A stretch of DNA of 56,140 nt from a virus. Position numbers and translations under genes: made by a program. This document shows, piece by piece, positions 19,909 through 29,875 of this stretch. The notes under the pieces were generated by a model that saw only the letters and a list, made by a program, of their open reading frames with translations, was not told where the DNA came from and ran no database searches. Position 1 is the stretch's first letter, and every line of letters begins with the position of its first letter. The stretch spans positions 1-56,140 of IMG/VR virus record IMGVR_UViG_3300045988_093457; one strand, given 5' to 3'.

Positions 19909-21999
19909 TTATATTGTAGCGGCCGAAACCACTTTCTTTTTAACAGGCTTTCTTCTTATCCTCTTGACTATCTTAGGGCGGTCCATTTCATAGAAACAGA
20001 TGTGCAGTCCTATTGCACGTGTCATGAGCAGGTCGTCGTGTTCGCCGATAACAGCACCATAAGAGTTGTTCTGTTTTTTCTCGTATACAAGATACTCGTT
20101 AAGGCAGCGCCTATCTCTTTCGATATACATGTTTTCACGAACGATCTTAACAAGTGTAGATATGACCATAGGCTTTGTTGATACGTTTGTGTGGAAACCG
20201 TATTTCTTCGGCACACCTTCGATAATCTCTTCTTCTGACTGCTTGCGTGCATAAAGATTGTCATACACTGACTTTATCTGATTGAGTATATATCCGGACT
20301 GATCGCCGTCAACATCTCGTTCTTTGTCGTGCGTCTCAAGTGTGTTGCTCTCAACGACAAGAAGGGCATTGCCGTAAAAGGCTGCAATCTGTGCCGCTTT
20401 CCATGCCAGCACGTCCATGTCGCAATGTCCGTACCATTGGGCTACGACAAGCGGCTTGCCGCCGTCCATCATCATCAGCCTGTCGAAAACGACAATAACA
20501 GACCAGTCAGCCTTTCGGGAGCGTCCTCCGACATCGACGACTACAAGATAGCGGTTGACGACCTTTTCCTCGGAATCAATCTCTGGTAAGTTCCAAACCC
20601 AAAATACGCCCTGCTTATCTTGCGTGAAGCGAAGATTTTTAAGCGCGGCCTTTCCTTCGTCTCCGTCAGCATATACATCTCCGACATATCTGGGAGCCTT
20701 GCAGTATTTGTCAAATGCTTCAACCTTGTATTTGTCAAACACCATAGTGCCGGAATGAACGAAGGCTTCTACATCGTCAGACGGATATTCAGACGCCATA
20801 AGTCCGTGGTCGTCGTACATGGCGCGCTGATGTATGTACCAGTTGATAGCCTCTAAGGTAGCGCCTTTAGTCCATAGCCACCACAGATATTTGCCCGGCT
20901 CCTGACGCGGCGATTCCACATTGTCGTTATCCCGGTTGTCGTACAGCATTTCGGCAAATGCCCGTATATTGTCAACTTCGAGAGAATATTTCTCTATGTC
21001 ATACCATGAAACGAACATTGCCTCAAACTGAGACTTGCCGGACTTGGCAGCACGATATTCACGATGAAAGAAGTTGCCGACACCCTTGGCCGTGCTTTCA
21101 TAAACGATCATCGTGTAAGGCTTGTAAAGCACTGCAGAGCATGCAGACTGAACAATATCTTCAGGCTTCTTGCCTTCCGTCGCCTTCCACAGGCCGACCT
21201 CTGAAAGGTGTACAAGGCTATAATCACCACCGCGGCATCCGTCCGGGCGCTCGGCCGTACCAATCTTTATCTTGCAGTTGCGCTGCGGAACGCGGTAAAT
21301 ACTGCCGGACTTTCCGACGCCGACCATTTTCGGCTCGTTGTCCTTGTAAATATCACCCAGACGATGAAGCATCTCAATAGGATATGCCTTAATCATACGG
21401 TCGAACATATCCTTGATTTCGTCAGATGCCGTGCCCTGGTGTGCAATGATAAGGCTGTTAAGTCCTACGCGGTGAACAAGCTGAAGCCATGCCATGTAAA
21501 GCTGTGATGTGGTAGAGCCACCCCACTGACGGGCTTTTAGAAGGACTATTCGTATAGGCTTGCCTGCTTTTCTCAGTTCTTCAAGACGCTTGACAAAACG
21601 GCGCTGAGGGCGTGTAAGGCGAAACAGCACATCTTCTCCGCCGTCCTTGTTCTTGATATAGACAAATGTGGCGGCCCAAAAAGGAAAGTCATAACGGCAG
21701 CGTATCTTCACAAACTGCCATATAACCTTCATCTTGTCGTCGTCGTTGTAGTCGACTTCCATTTCCTCGGTGAGGAATTTCTCTACTGAGCCGCATTTGA
21801 CAATCTGCCTGACAAGAGGAACTTTCATCATTTCCTTTGGCAGCCATTGTGTGCTTATAGGGAAATCGTCAATCTCAACCTTCACGCGCTCACCTATAGA
21901 GCCGACACCGCTAATCGGATCAAACGGCGCATAAATCTCTTCGTTGCGCCGCCTGTTTTCTTCAATAATCTCCAATATGGCCTGCTCTCTGTCTTTCAT
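19909..21999 (-). CDS. terL: Terminase large subunit
   Basis: LLKARQWGGSTTSQ Walker-A-like box typical of large terminases, plus a C-terminal nuclease-sized region. 696 aa. Confidence 0.85.
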   Translation of the reverse strand: MKDREQAILEIIEENRRRNEEIYAPFDPISGVGSIGERVKVEIDDFPISTQWLPKEMMKVPLVRQIVKCGSVEKFLTEEMEVDYNDDDKMKVIWQFVKIRCRYDFPFWAATFVYIKNKDGGEDVLFRLTRPQRRFVKRLEELRKAGKPIRIVLLKARQWGGSTTSQLYMAWLQLVHRVGLNSLIIAHQGTASDEIKDMFDRMIKAYPIEMLHRLGDIYKDNEPKMVGVGKSGSIYRVPQRNCKIKIGTAERPDGCRGGDYSLVHLSEVGLWKATEGKKPEDIVQSACSAVLYKPYTMIVYESTAKGVGNFFHREYRAAKSGKSQFEAMFVSWYDIEKYSLEVDNIRAFAEMLYDNRDNDNVESPRQEPGKYLWWLWTKGATLEAINWYIHQRAMYDDHGLMASEYPSDDVEAFVHSGTMVFDKYKVEAFDKYCKAPRYVGDVYADGDEGKAALKNLRFTQDKQGVFWVWNLPEIDSEEKVVNRYLVVVDVGGRSRKADWSVIVVFDRLMMMDGGKPLVVAQWYGHCDMDVLAWKAAQIAAFYGNALLVVESNTLETHDKERDVDGDQSGYILNQIKSVYDNLYARKQSEEEIIEGVPKKYGFHTNVSTKPMVISTLVKIVRENMYIERDRRCLNEYLVYEKKQNNSYGAVIGEHDDLLMTRAIGLHICFYEMDRPKIVKRIRRKPVKKKVVSAATI

Positions 22000-22493
22000 C
22001 GCTTAATTTTTATAGGTTTGTTGAGCAATGCCACGATAAAGCCGCACAGATAACAATACAGGTGTATCAAGGCGTTTGTTTGAGGCATGGCAAATCCGAG
22101 CAGTACATAAAAAAGCATCCATAGCTGATATTTCAGTTTGTGCTCGACACTGAATGATATAGAGCCGAAGAGCGCATATATAACGGATGACAGACCGATA
22201 GTAGGCTGCACGGCGTGTGTTATGTCTACCGGATAAGAGACGGCAATGACAAACGCTATTATAAGTCTTGGTATGGTGATGTCATAGATAAACATCACGG
22301 CGACAAGACACCAGCAGTTGAGAACAGCATGAAGGATATTGGCGTGAAAGAATGAATATGTCAGCCGGCAATAGAAAGGACAATGAGGATATATGCCGAC
22401 CGTATGCCAGTCGGCAACGTGCAGTAACGACATCGCCAATACTATGACAGCTACTGCAAGACATGTAATCTTTTCAGTTTTTCGTTTATCCAT
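21996..22493 (-). CDS. Rhomboid-family intramembrane serine protease-like 6-TM protein
   Basis: HANILHAVLN (HxxxxHxxxN), GLSSVIYALFG (GxSx) and NALIHLYCYLCG (His), each on a successive hydrophobic helix. The start is uncertain: 22493 is preferred, but 22583 is possible. Confidence 0.65.
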   Translation of the reverse strand: MDKRKTEKITCLAVAVIVLAMSLLHVADWHTVGIYPHCPFYCRLTYSFFHANILHAVLNCWCLVAVMFIYDITIPRLIIAFVIAVSYPVDITHAVQPTIGLSSVIYALFGSISFSVEHKLKYQLWMLFYVLLGFAMPQTNALIHLYCYLCGFIVALLNKPIKIKR

Positions 22494-22885
22494 TTCTTCC
22501 TTGACTTGCACACCATGATTTTTGCGCTTCCTGGTGTCAGATAGAATTTTGGCGCCGGCTGCGCTACGACAGTACAGCAGCATGACTTTATGGACATTTC
22601 CGGATGCTGCTCCTTCATGGTCACTACCCTTCTGAATATCTCCTCGAACATCTCACGTTTAAGCGGGCGCATGTTTTTAAGCGGCACTCCTCTAAACATC
22701 GAATACACCACTTTTGTTGCGCGGACGTCGCTAACCCAAAAGCGCCGTGCCTTCATGTTGACTATGCTGGCATATACTTCAGGCATACGGATGTAATCGC
22801 ACGATGATATGTATTCATCGTACGCACGCATTAAATCTTCAATGCGTTCTGAGGTGTATTCCATTACTGCGCCGTTATGTTTCAT
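22451..22885 (-). CDS. Hypothetical protein, first gene of the packaging operon (small terminase candidate by position only)
   Basis: ORF with a TAAATTTG -7 box just upstream on the minus strand. Confidence 0.55.
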   Translation of the reverse strand: MKHNGAVMEYTSERIEDLMRAYDEYISSCDYIRMPEVYASIVNMKARRFWVSDVRATKVVYSMFRGVPLKNMRPLKREMFEEIFRRVVTMKEQHPEMSIKSCCCTVVAQPAPKFYLTPGSAKIMVCKSRKKWINEKLKRLHVLQ

Positions 22886-22903
22886 GATGCCTTATATATG
22901 TAA

Positions 22904-22911
22904 CAAATTTA
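22904..22911 (-). promoter_or_regulatory. Bacteroidota-type -7 box TAAATTTG (minus strand)
   Basis: Matches the TAnnTTTG consensus about 20 nt upstream of the gene starting at 22885. Confidence 0.4.
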
Positions 22912-22958
22912 CATATTGGTTCGTAAAAAGATATACCATATTGGCGGTAATGTTAATA

Positions 22959-22966
22959 TAAATTTG
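22959..22966 (+). promoter_or_regulatory. Bacteroidota-type -7 box TAAATTTG (plus strand)
   Basis: Matches TAnnTTTG about 40 nt upstream of the scaffold gene start at 23006. Confidence 0.4.
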
Positions 22967-23005
22967 CATCATAATATAATAAGATGTAATTTAAACTTTT
23001 TGAAT

Positions 23006-23794
23006 ATGCCTGAAAATACAACAGTTAAAAGTAACAGAGATAAATACATGGAAAGGATGAAAGGCAAATATCCTGACCGTGAATTTAGCGACGACGAGGC
23101 TCTGTTCGGACAGATTAATGATGATTACGACGGTTACGACAAGGAAATTGCCGGATATAAGGAGCGCGAGAAGGCTTTTTCAGACCTTTTCACGAAAGAT
23201 CCGCGCAGTGCAGCATTCCTGACACAATGGCGCAAGGGCGGTGATCCTGCCGTTGAGCTTGTAAGAATGTTTGGCGACGACTTTGTGGAAGAGCTGAAAG
23301 ATCCTGCAAAGCAGGAAGAGCTGGCAGCGGCAAGTAAAGACTATGCGGACCGCATCGCGAAGGAGAAGGAGTTTGACGAGCAGTATCAGAAGAATATTGA
23401 ACAGACGCTCAAAACCCTTGAAGATATGCAAGCCAAAGAAGGTTTCAGTGATGAAGATATTGATAATGCCATGTCGTTCCTTGTCGGCATCATGAAAGAC
23501 GGCATCGTGGGCAAGTTTACGCCTGAAAGCATAAAAATGGCAATGCAGGCTATCAACCACGACAAAGATGTTGCCGAAGCATCGCAGGAAGGAGAGGTCA
23601 AAGGCCGTAACGCCAAGATTGAGGAAAAGCTGCGCAAGAAGAGCAAGAACGACGGCACGGCAGACCTTGCCGGAAAGAATGGCGGCGGAATGCAGAAGCC
23701 TATGCCTGAAATGGGTGCGCTGAACAGATACGACGGCGGCCAGACTATATGGGAACGTGGCGGAGAGAAGCGCCGTTCTATAAGAAGAGATTAA
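23006..23794 (+). CDS. Putative scaffolding protein
   Basis: Highly charged, helical, E/K/D-rich, and immediately upstream of the capsid gene. Start set at MPENTT. Confidence 0.6.
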   Translation: MPENTTVKSNRDKYMERMKGKYPDREFSDDEALFGQINDDYDGYDKEIAGYKEREKAFSDLFTKDPRSAAFLTQWRKGGDPAVELVRMFGDDFVEELKDPAKQEELAAASKDYADRIAKEKEFDEQYQKNIEQTLKTLEDMQAKEGFSDEDIDNAMSFLVGIMKDGIVGKFTPESIKMAMQAINHDKDVAEASQEGEVKGRNAKIEEKLRKKSKNDGTADLAGKNGGGMQKPMPEMGALNRYDGGQTIWERGGEKRRSIRRD

Positions 23795-23826
23795 ATTCAT
23801 TTTATAACTAACTAAAATTAAGAACA

Positions 23827-25266
23827 ATGGAAAAAATCAAAAAAACAGGTAAATGGTTGTTCCGAATTATGCTTATTATGTTAGCATTTATAGTAGGGGC
23901 ATCAAGTGGAGTAATGATTGCAGAGGCTACGGAACTGCCGGACGCAGGCAAGACAACTGCGGGAGCTGACGGGGACGGCGGAACTGATCCAACTGCAGGT
24001 ATAGCTACAGAAACGCAGGGGCGCACAGACGGCGATCCGAACTTCTATATGTCGGACGTGGACCAGCGCATCACAAAAATACGCCCTATGGCATCGCCTA
24101 TAGACCAGATAAGCCGTTATGCAAAGTCGTCAAGTTGCAGCAGCTTCGAGGTGAAATATTACAGCGTCGGTACAAGAGAGATAAAATGTACTACCACAGA
24201 GCAGGTGGAAAAAATGCAGAGCGGTGCAAGTACAAAGTTACCGGTAAGCGACGTAAATATGTTTACTTTGGACGACACTATCCGCGTTGTTGGCGTTAAG
24301 GGCGTAACAGATCCTGACACTGGCAAACCTTATGAAGAGGACGACAACACGCCTGACCTTGTGCTCTGCGTGTGCGGTAAGGACAGCACGACAAACATGC
24401 CTATTGTATATGCTGTGAACGGCGAAATGGATTCTACAACCAAACAGCCTATTTGGGTTCCTCAGATTGAGAGCGGCGCAACACTTGTAAGAATGGGCAA
24501 AGCCTGCGGTGAGCTTGACGTTCAGACAGGACGTTTCAACAACATTCCAATGCCTGAAACTCAGTATTGTCAGAACTTCATGATTCAGGTAGAGCAGTCT
24601 ACATTTGACAAGATTGCAAAGAAGGAAGTAAACTGGAACTTCACAGACCTGGAAGAGGACGGCGTCTATGACATGCGCCTTGCAATGGAGAACACATATC
24701 TTTTTGGCGTCAAGAACAAGATTAAACACGTATCAAAAGACGGAATGTATACATGGTTTACAGGCGGTCTTTGGTATATGGCCGGCAAGGACATTGAGGT
24801 CGGTGAATGGGATGCAGAAAAGAACTGCGCCGTTATCAGCGATGAAAACCTTGTAGACATTACAAAAGACTTGTTTGTCGGCACCGGTATTGGAAACAAG
24901 CGCAAGATTCTGTTCTGCGGCTCTGACATGCTTGCTGCATTCTCTAAGATAAAGAGCGATAAGTTTAGACTTAAAGACACCGTTGAAGTATGGAACCTGA
25001 AGTTCAAGTCATGGGACACTGACTTTGGTGAGGTCCTTACTATTCATCACGAGCTTTTCGATGTAAACGGAATGTCTGACTGCGGTTTTGCTATGGATCC
25101 TGAATACTTGTCAAAGAAAGTACATGTAAGCTGGGCACGCAACGTACTTGACCTTCAGAAGGCCGGCATCAGACGCACAGACGCTGTTGTAATGCAGGAA
25201 GTAAGCTGTCTGTACTTGCGTTATGCTAAGGCGCACGCAAGAATGAGACTTGCAAAAGCAGCCTAA
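23827..25266 (+). CDS. Major capsid protein
   Basis: 479 aa, follows the scaffold gene, and is followed by a strong terminator, as expected for a highly expressed late gene. Confidence 0.7.
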   Translation: MEKIKKTGKWLFRIMLIMLAFIVGASSGVMIAEATELPDAGKTTAGADGDGGTDPTAGIATETQGRTDGDPNFYMSDVDQRITKIRPMASPIDQISRYAKSSSCSSFEVKYYSVGTREIKCTTTEQVEKMQSGASTKLPVSDVNMFTLDDTIRVVGVKGVTDPDTGKPYEEDDNTPDLVLCVCGKDSTTNMPIVYAVNGEMDSTTKQPIWVPQIESGATLVRMGKACGELDVQTGRFNNIPMPETQYCQNFMIQVEQSTFDKIAKKEVNWNFTDLEEDGVYDMRLAMENTYLFGVKNKIKHVSKDGMYTWFTGGLWYMAGKDIEVGEWDAEKNCAVISDENLVDITKDLFVGTGIGNKRKILFCGSDMLAAFSKIKSDKFRLKDTVEVWNLKFKSWDTDFGEVLTIHHELFDVNGMSDCGFAMDPEYLSKKVHVSWARNVLDLQKAGIRRTDAVVMQEVSCLYLRYAKAHARMRLAKAA

Positions 25267-25283
25267 CATCATCCAAAAAATAA

Positions 25284-25314
25284 TTTAGGGAGGTTTATTT
25301 TAGGCCTCCCTAAA
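25284..25314 (+). terminator. Hairpin TTTAGGGAGG / CCTCCCTAAA after the capsid gene
   Basis: 10-bp perfect inverted repeat followed by a T/A-rich tail. Confidence 0.65.
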
Positions 25315-25331
25315 TAAATTTAATAAACACT

Positions 25332-25733
25332 ATGAAGAAGATATATAAATCAAAAAGCGACATTGCCATAAGTTGCCTTCTGCCAAACAAGAAGAGCATA
25401 CACATCTCATTTACTTCTCAGTCAGACGGAAGCAGTATCTATATCACAGACAACGAAGATGTGCAGCATGCGCTGGAGCATCATTACAGGTATGGAAAGC
25501 TATTCAAGCTCGCCGGAGAAATAAAGGAAAAGACGGCAGAAGAGAAAGCCGCCGAAAAGCAGAAACAAGAGGAAGAGCGGGCCGCAAAGACTATCAATAT
25601 CAAAGTAAGCGACATTTGGGAAGCGCGCGACTATCTGGCGTCTAATTACGGTATAAGCCGCACAAAGCTTAGGTCGGAGGATGCAATATTGAACGCAGCT
25701 AAGGAACATAACATAAACTTTAACATGGAGTAA
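25332..25733 (+). CDS. Hypothetical head-associated protein
   Basis: ORF within the head module. Confidence 0.55.
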   Translation: MKKIYKSKSDIAISCLLPNKKSIHISFTSQSDGSSIYITDNEDVQHALEHHYRYGKLFKLAGEIKEKTAEEKAAEKQKQEEERAAKTINIKVSDIWEARDYLASNYGISRTKLRSEDAILNAAKEHNINFNME

Positions 25734-25739
25734 GCGTAT

Positions 25740-26372
25740 ATGATTGTACAGGCAAGTGAAATGGCAAAGGATGTGCGTGTGGCAATAGACATGAACCAAA
25801 GCGATCCGCAGCTCCTGATAGAGAAAGACACGGACACCACAAGTCTTGACGACATCATAATGGAGAAGTTGGCTGATGCTGTCCGTATGGTAGAAATGGA
25901 AGCACCGATAAACATGCTTGAACAGGGACACCAGTTTGTAACTCAAATCACGTGGGAGGAAAACGGCAGGGGCTGGCTTATACTGCCTGACGATTTTATG
26001 CGCTTGATAGTGTTTAAAATGAGCGACTGGCGGCTATCTGTTTCAACGGCAATAACGCAGGATGATCCGATGTACAGCCGCCAGTTCTCAAAATGGAAAG
26101 GAATATCCGGCAACACGGAAAAGCCGGTTGTTGCAATAGTAAACCGTGCTGAAGGCAACGTACTTGAATTTTTCTCCTGCAATGACGAAACGGCGACAAT
26201 AGAACAGGCCGTATATGTGCCTAGACCTGAGATAGACGTAGACGGCGGTATTGACGTGAGTGAGAAATGCTACCGTGCTGCCGTATATCGTGCAGCGGCT
26301 CTTGCGCTGTCGAGTGTAGGCGACCAGTTGGCAACGACAATGATTGAACTAAGTAAATCACTCTTAAATTAA
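25740..26372 (+). CDS. Putative head-tail connector / head completion protein
   Basis: Called from position and size only. Confidence 0.45.
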   Translation: MIVQASEMAKDVRVAIDMNQSDPQLLIEKDTDTTSLDDIIMEKLADAVRMVEMEAPINMLEQGHQFVTQITWEENGRGWLILPDDFMRLIVFKMSDWRLSVSTAITQDDPMYSRQFSKWKGISGNTEKPVVAIVNRAEGNVLEFFSCNDETATIEQAVYVPRPEIDVDGGIDVSEKCYRAAVYRAAALALSSVGDQLATTMIELSKSLLN

Positions 26373-26379
26373 ATGGAGA

Positions 26380-27138
26380 ATGAATAATAACGACATACAA
26401 GGCAGTCTTTCTGTCAGCCAGGGCGTAGTTGTCGGCGGAGATGCGCAGATAAGAGGAAATGGAATATTTGATCATAACCTGAAAGTAAAAGGCTGGCTTG
26501 ATGCAAAGAACATCAAAGGCCCTTTGAAAGGTTTGTTTAAAGATGAGGCGTCTTTAAAGGAGAATTATCCGGAGCCGCAGAACGGCTGGTTTGCTTTGGT
26601 AGGTAATACGCTTCCTGCTGAAGTGTACAGAGTAGAAAACGGAGAATGGACAGACAGCGGGGCACAAGGCGGAGAGATATCTCTGTCGCTTGACAGCTTA
26701 GAAGAAGATATAAACAAAGCGCAAAGCGACATTTTGGAGTTGCAGGAAACGATTTCTGAAGATGTACTTGCAAAAGTAAACCTCACCGACCTTGACTTCG
26801 ACTTGTCAATGATTGGCAAGATAATATCGGGCAGTAACTCGTGTAAGTTCGTGGTGATGCAGAGCGGAAAAAATGTTGGTGTACTTGACTGCTTTAGTGA
26901 TGATAGTCAACATATGTTGACACAAGTATTCACTACACACTACTTATTGCCGTTCAGCAATAACACCCACTCTGACGAAAAGATATTCACATATTTCCGC
27001 AGCTACCATTTGAGCGGTGGCACATCACAAATACCAACAGGCACATGGGGCGAGTGGACTGTTATAGATACAGGGGGTGGAAGTGGAGATTTTCAGACAA
27101 TAACAAACGGTGAGATAGATGCGATAACAAAAAAATAA
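26380..27138 (+). CDS. Tail fibre-like protein
   Basis: Gly-rich beta N-terminus. The C-terminus GGGSGDFQTITNGEIDAITKK is shared with the next gene. Confidence 0.55.
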   Translation: MNNNDIQGSLSVSQGVVVGGDAQIRGNGIFDHNLKVKGWLDAKNIKGPLKGLFKDEASLKENYPEPQNGWFALVGNTLPAEVYRVENGEWTDSGAQGGEISLSLDSLEEDINKAQSDILELQETISEDVLAKVNLTDLDFDLSMIGKIISGSNSCKFVVMQSGKNVGVLDCFSDDSQHMLTQVFTTHYLLPFSNNTHSDEKIFTYFRSYHLSGGTSQIPTGTWGEWTVIDTGGGSGDFQTITNGEIDAITKK

Positions 27139-27151
27139 AACGTATATAATT

Positions 27152-27682
27152 ATGGCAAAAGTTTTAGACTTAGATGGACTAGAGTATTTTTGGGGAAAAG
27201 TAAAAACTCATGTATCTGAAAAATCAATAAGCAAAGAAGAAAAAGGAGCTGCTGATGGTGTAGCTACTTTAACAAGTAGTGGCAAATTAACAGATACTCA
27301 ATTCCCTAATTATATTGATACTATATTAGAGTATCAAACTCCTATATTAGTTCCTCCTAAGCTTGATATTAAATTAAACTCTACAAAAGATGCTGAATAT
27401 ATTGTTTATATTGAAAGTAAAAATGTATTCTGTGCATATTATAATGGAGAATATTATGGAAACTGGGGAGCTAATGACAATGTAGCAGATGCAGATAAGT
27501 ATGGAGATTTAGCCTCAGATAATAAAGGAAGAGTGCCTAAAACAGGGATACTATATCTGAATAAAACTGATTTAAAGAATTATAAGTATGATGGTTCAAC
27601 TAAATTGGTAGAGATATATCAAGGAGGAGGAGACATTGAAACTATTACAACAGGAGAGATAGACGATTTATTTTCAGAATAA
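27152..27682 (+). CDS. Tail fibre-like protein (AT-rich cassette)
   Basis: The N-terminus LDLDGLEYFWGKVK is shared with the next gene. The C-terminus GGGDIETITTGEIDDLFSE is shared with the previous gene. Confidence 0.55.
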   Translation: MAKVLDLDGLEYFWGKVKTHVSEKSISKEEKGAADGVATLTSSGKLTDTQFPNYIDTILEYQTPILVPPKLDIKLNSTKDAEYIVYIESKNVFCAYYNGEYYGNWGANDNVADADKYGDLASDNKGRVPKTGILYLNKTDLKNYKYDGSTKLVEIYQGGGDIETITTGEIDDLFSE

Positions 27683-27734
27683 CGATATTGCAAGCAGTCG
27701 GCTAATGTCTTCTTGTAATTAAAAATATAAGCCT

Positions 27735-29282
27735 ATGAAATTTTTAGATGAAACAGGATTACAATATTTTTGGAAAAAGATTGCTAGTTTTATAGATGGA
27801 GTAACTAGCACTTCATTAGTTAATTCTAAGAAAAATAGAATAGAGGAATTTTATACTAATCTACATAAAATAAATAGAGGTAAGTATGTTAATAATTCTT
27901 CTTTTTCTTGGCCGGTTGGAAATAGGGCCGGAGCTAATAAGTCGTTACCCTCTTTGACTACAGGAGGAAGTACTTATGATCTTCTAACCTTTTTATGTTT
28001 GTCTGATACTCATGCTAGTAAATATTACAAGTATAGTTTTGACAAGCCGGAAGAATTCCAAAATTCAACTTTTGGTTTAGATGCAATACAAGAAGCTATA
28101 GATGTAGCAAAATATGGTCTAAACAAAAAGGGTACATCTTCAAAAGTAGTAAATACTGGAAAGATTGCAGGTATTATTCATTGTGGAGATATGTGCAGTG
28201 GAAGTGATAGTAGAAGTAGTAAAGATAATGTCCTTGATACCAGAGCTGCTATTGTAGAAATGGCTCAGGAAATCTATAAACAAGTTCCTTTTATTTGTGT
28301 TTTAGGTAATCATGATTCTAACTCAGCTATAAGTGGTATAACTAGAGATGAAGATGATGAAACAATCTACAATCCATTATTTGATTCTCTAATATCAGGA
28401 GGTTACGATAACCAAAACTTGTCTAGTATCACTAAAATATACACAGGTTGTTATGATTTCAAATATAAAGTAACTGTTAAAAGAGGAACTTTCTATGTTC
28501 ATGTAATAACACTTAATACAAATGATATTCCTACGCCAGGTGGAAATAATAGTGAAAAAGATTCATTACATAAACAATTTATTAGTAGAGAACAAATTAA
28601 TGCTCTGGCTACAGCATTAACGAACTTAGGAAGTACAGATAGAGTAATATTAGTATCTCATGCTCCTATTACTAGCTATACTAATAGTAATACTCATGGA
28701 ACAGAAAAATTCGATATATCTTATGTAGGAGATATAAGTACATTCAAAGACGCTTATATTGCGAGTACACCAGATTACGTATTAAATCCTGTTGACTCTA
28801 CTGGTGTTGTTTATAATGTTATATATCAATTATTATATGATTTTAATAACTCATCAGCTTCTACAATATCTGTAAAAACTTATAACTCAGAAGGAACATT
28901 GCAAACCTCTTATCTAACTTGGGATTTCACTAGGAAAACAAGCAATCGATTCCTATTTGGTTTATCGGGACATCTCCATGCAAAAAATCTATTATTAATG
29001 GGAATAGAAGATGATAAGAGTAAAGAAATGTATAATATAAATCTTAGCTCATCAGGAGGTTCTTTGGGAAGTATGGATAGTAATGTCCCCAATGTTTATG
29101 GGAATAATCCATATAATTTTGTATCAGTATCTATTGACTTGCAGAATAAGAGATTATATTTAGTAGATTATAATAATAATCTAAAAATATCCAATGACGC
29201 TTCGGGATTAATAGCAAAAGGAGAATCAAATAATATCAATAACAAGATAACTATGTATGATTTTGGCGATCTGTGGTCATAG
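27735..29282 (+). CDS. Tail fibre N-terminal motif fused to a calcineurin-like metallophosphoesterase
   Basis: MKFLDETGLQYFWKKI, then LSDTH, HCGDM, LGNHDSN, VSHAP and SGHLHA, which are the DxH / GD / GNHD / H / GHxH motifs in order. Confidence 0.65.
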   Translation: MKFLDETGLQYFWKKIASFIDGVTSTSLVNSKKNRIEEFYTNLHKINRGKYVNNSSFSWPVGNRAGANKSLPSLTTGGSTYDLLTFLCLSDTHASKYYKYSFDKPEEFQNSTFGLDAIQEAIDVAKYGLNKKGTSSKVVNTGKIAGIIHCGDMCSGSDSRSSKDNVLDTRAAIVEMAQEIYKQVPFICVLGNHDSNSAISGITRDEDDETIYNPLFDSLISGGYDNQNLSSITKIYTGCYDFKYKVTVKRGTFYVHVITLNTNDIPTPGGNNSEKDSLHKQFISREQINALATALTNLGSTDRVILVSHAPITSYTNSNTHGTEKFDISYVGDISTFKDAYIASTPDYVLNPVDSTGVVYNVIYQLLYDFNNSSASTISVKTYNSEGTLQTSYLTWDFTRKTSNRFLFGLSGHLHAKNLLLMGIEDDKSKEMYNINLSSSGGSLGSMDSNVPNVYGNNPYNFVSVSIDLQNKRLYLVDYNNNLKISNDASGLIAKGESNNINNKITMYDFGDLWS

Positions 29283-29314
29283 GTAGGTGATAAATATTAA
29301 TTATTAAATATCTT

Positions 29315-29875
29315 ATGGAAGAGACTGGGTTAATGAATACAGGAACGAGGACGAGCATTATAACACTGCTTAGTGGAGAACTTGCATGTATGGTATATGA
29401 TGCAAGGTGGATGATACTTGCGATATTTCTGTGTGTTGTCGCAGATTTTCGATATGGGTGGGGCGAGAGCAGCAAGCGCTACGCTCTTGCCAAAGAGAAG
29501 GGTAACGAAATACTTATGGCGCAATATAAATGGCGCACATCGAGGGCGCTTAGACGGTCTGTTAATAAGATGATAGACTATATAATATGGCTCGCAGTGG
29601 GCATGATCGTAGGTATAGCAATCATTAAACCGCTTGGCGTTGATTACATCTCCGGTGTACTTGTCGCAACGACATTAGCCGTTGGGTGCGAGCTTAAATC
29701 TATAGTCGGACACTTAATGTTTCTTCATGGAGTAGTTCTTGAACAAAAGACGATAAAAGGCTTTTTGAAGGCATTTGTAATTGCGCTGGCAAAGCGCAAG
29801 AACAGAGATGTCGGAGAGGCTATTGAAGAAGGTTTTAACGAAATAGAAGGGAAAAACAAAAATGAGGGAAATTAA
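29315..29875 (+). CDS. Holin-like multi-TM protein
   Basis: Hydrophobic helices plus a charged C-terminal tail. Overlaps the amidase start by 14 nt. Confidence 0.55.
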   Translation: MEETGLMNTGTRTSIITLLSGELACMVYDARWMILAIFLCVVADFRYGWGESSKRYALAKEKGNEILMAQYKWRTSRALRRSVNKMIDYIIWLAVGMIVGIAIIKPLGVDYISGVLVATTLAVGCELKSIVGHLMFLHGVVLEQKTIKGFLKAFVIALAKRKNRDVGEAIEEGFNEIEGKNKNEGN

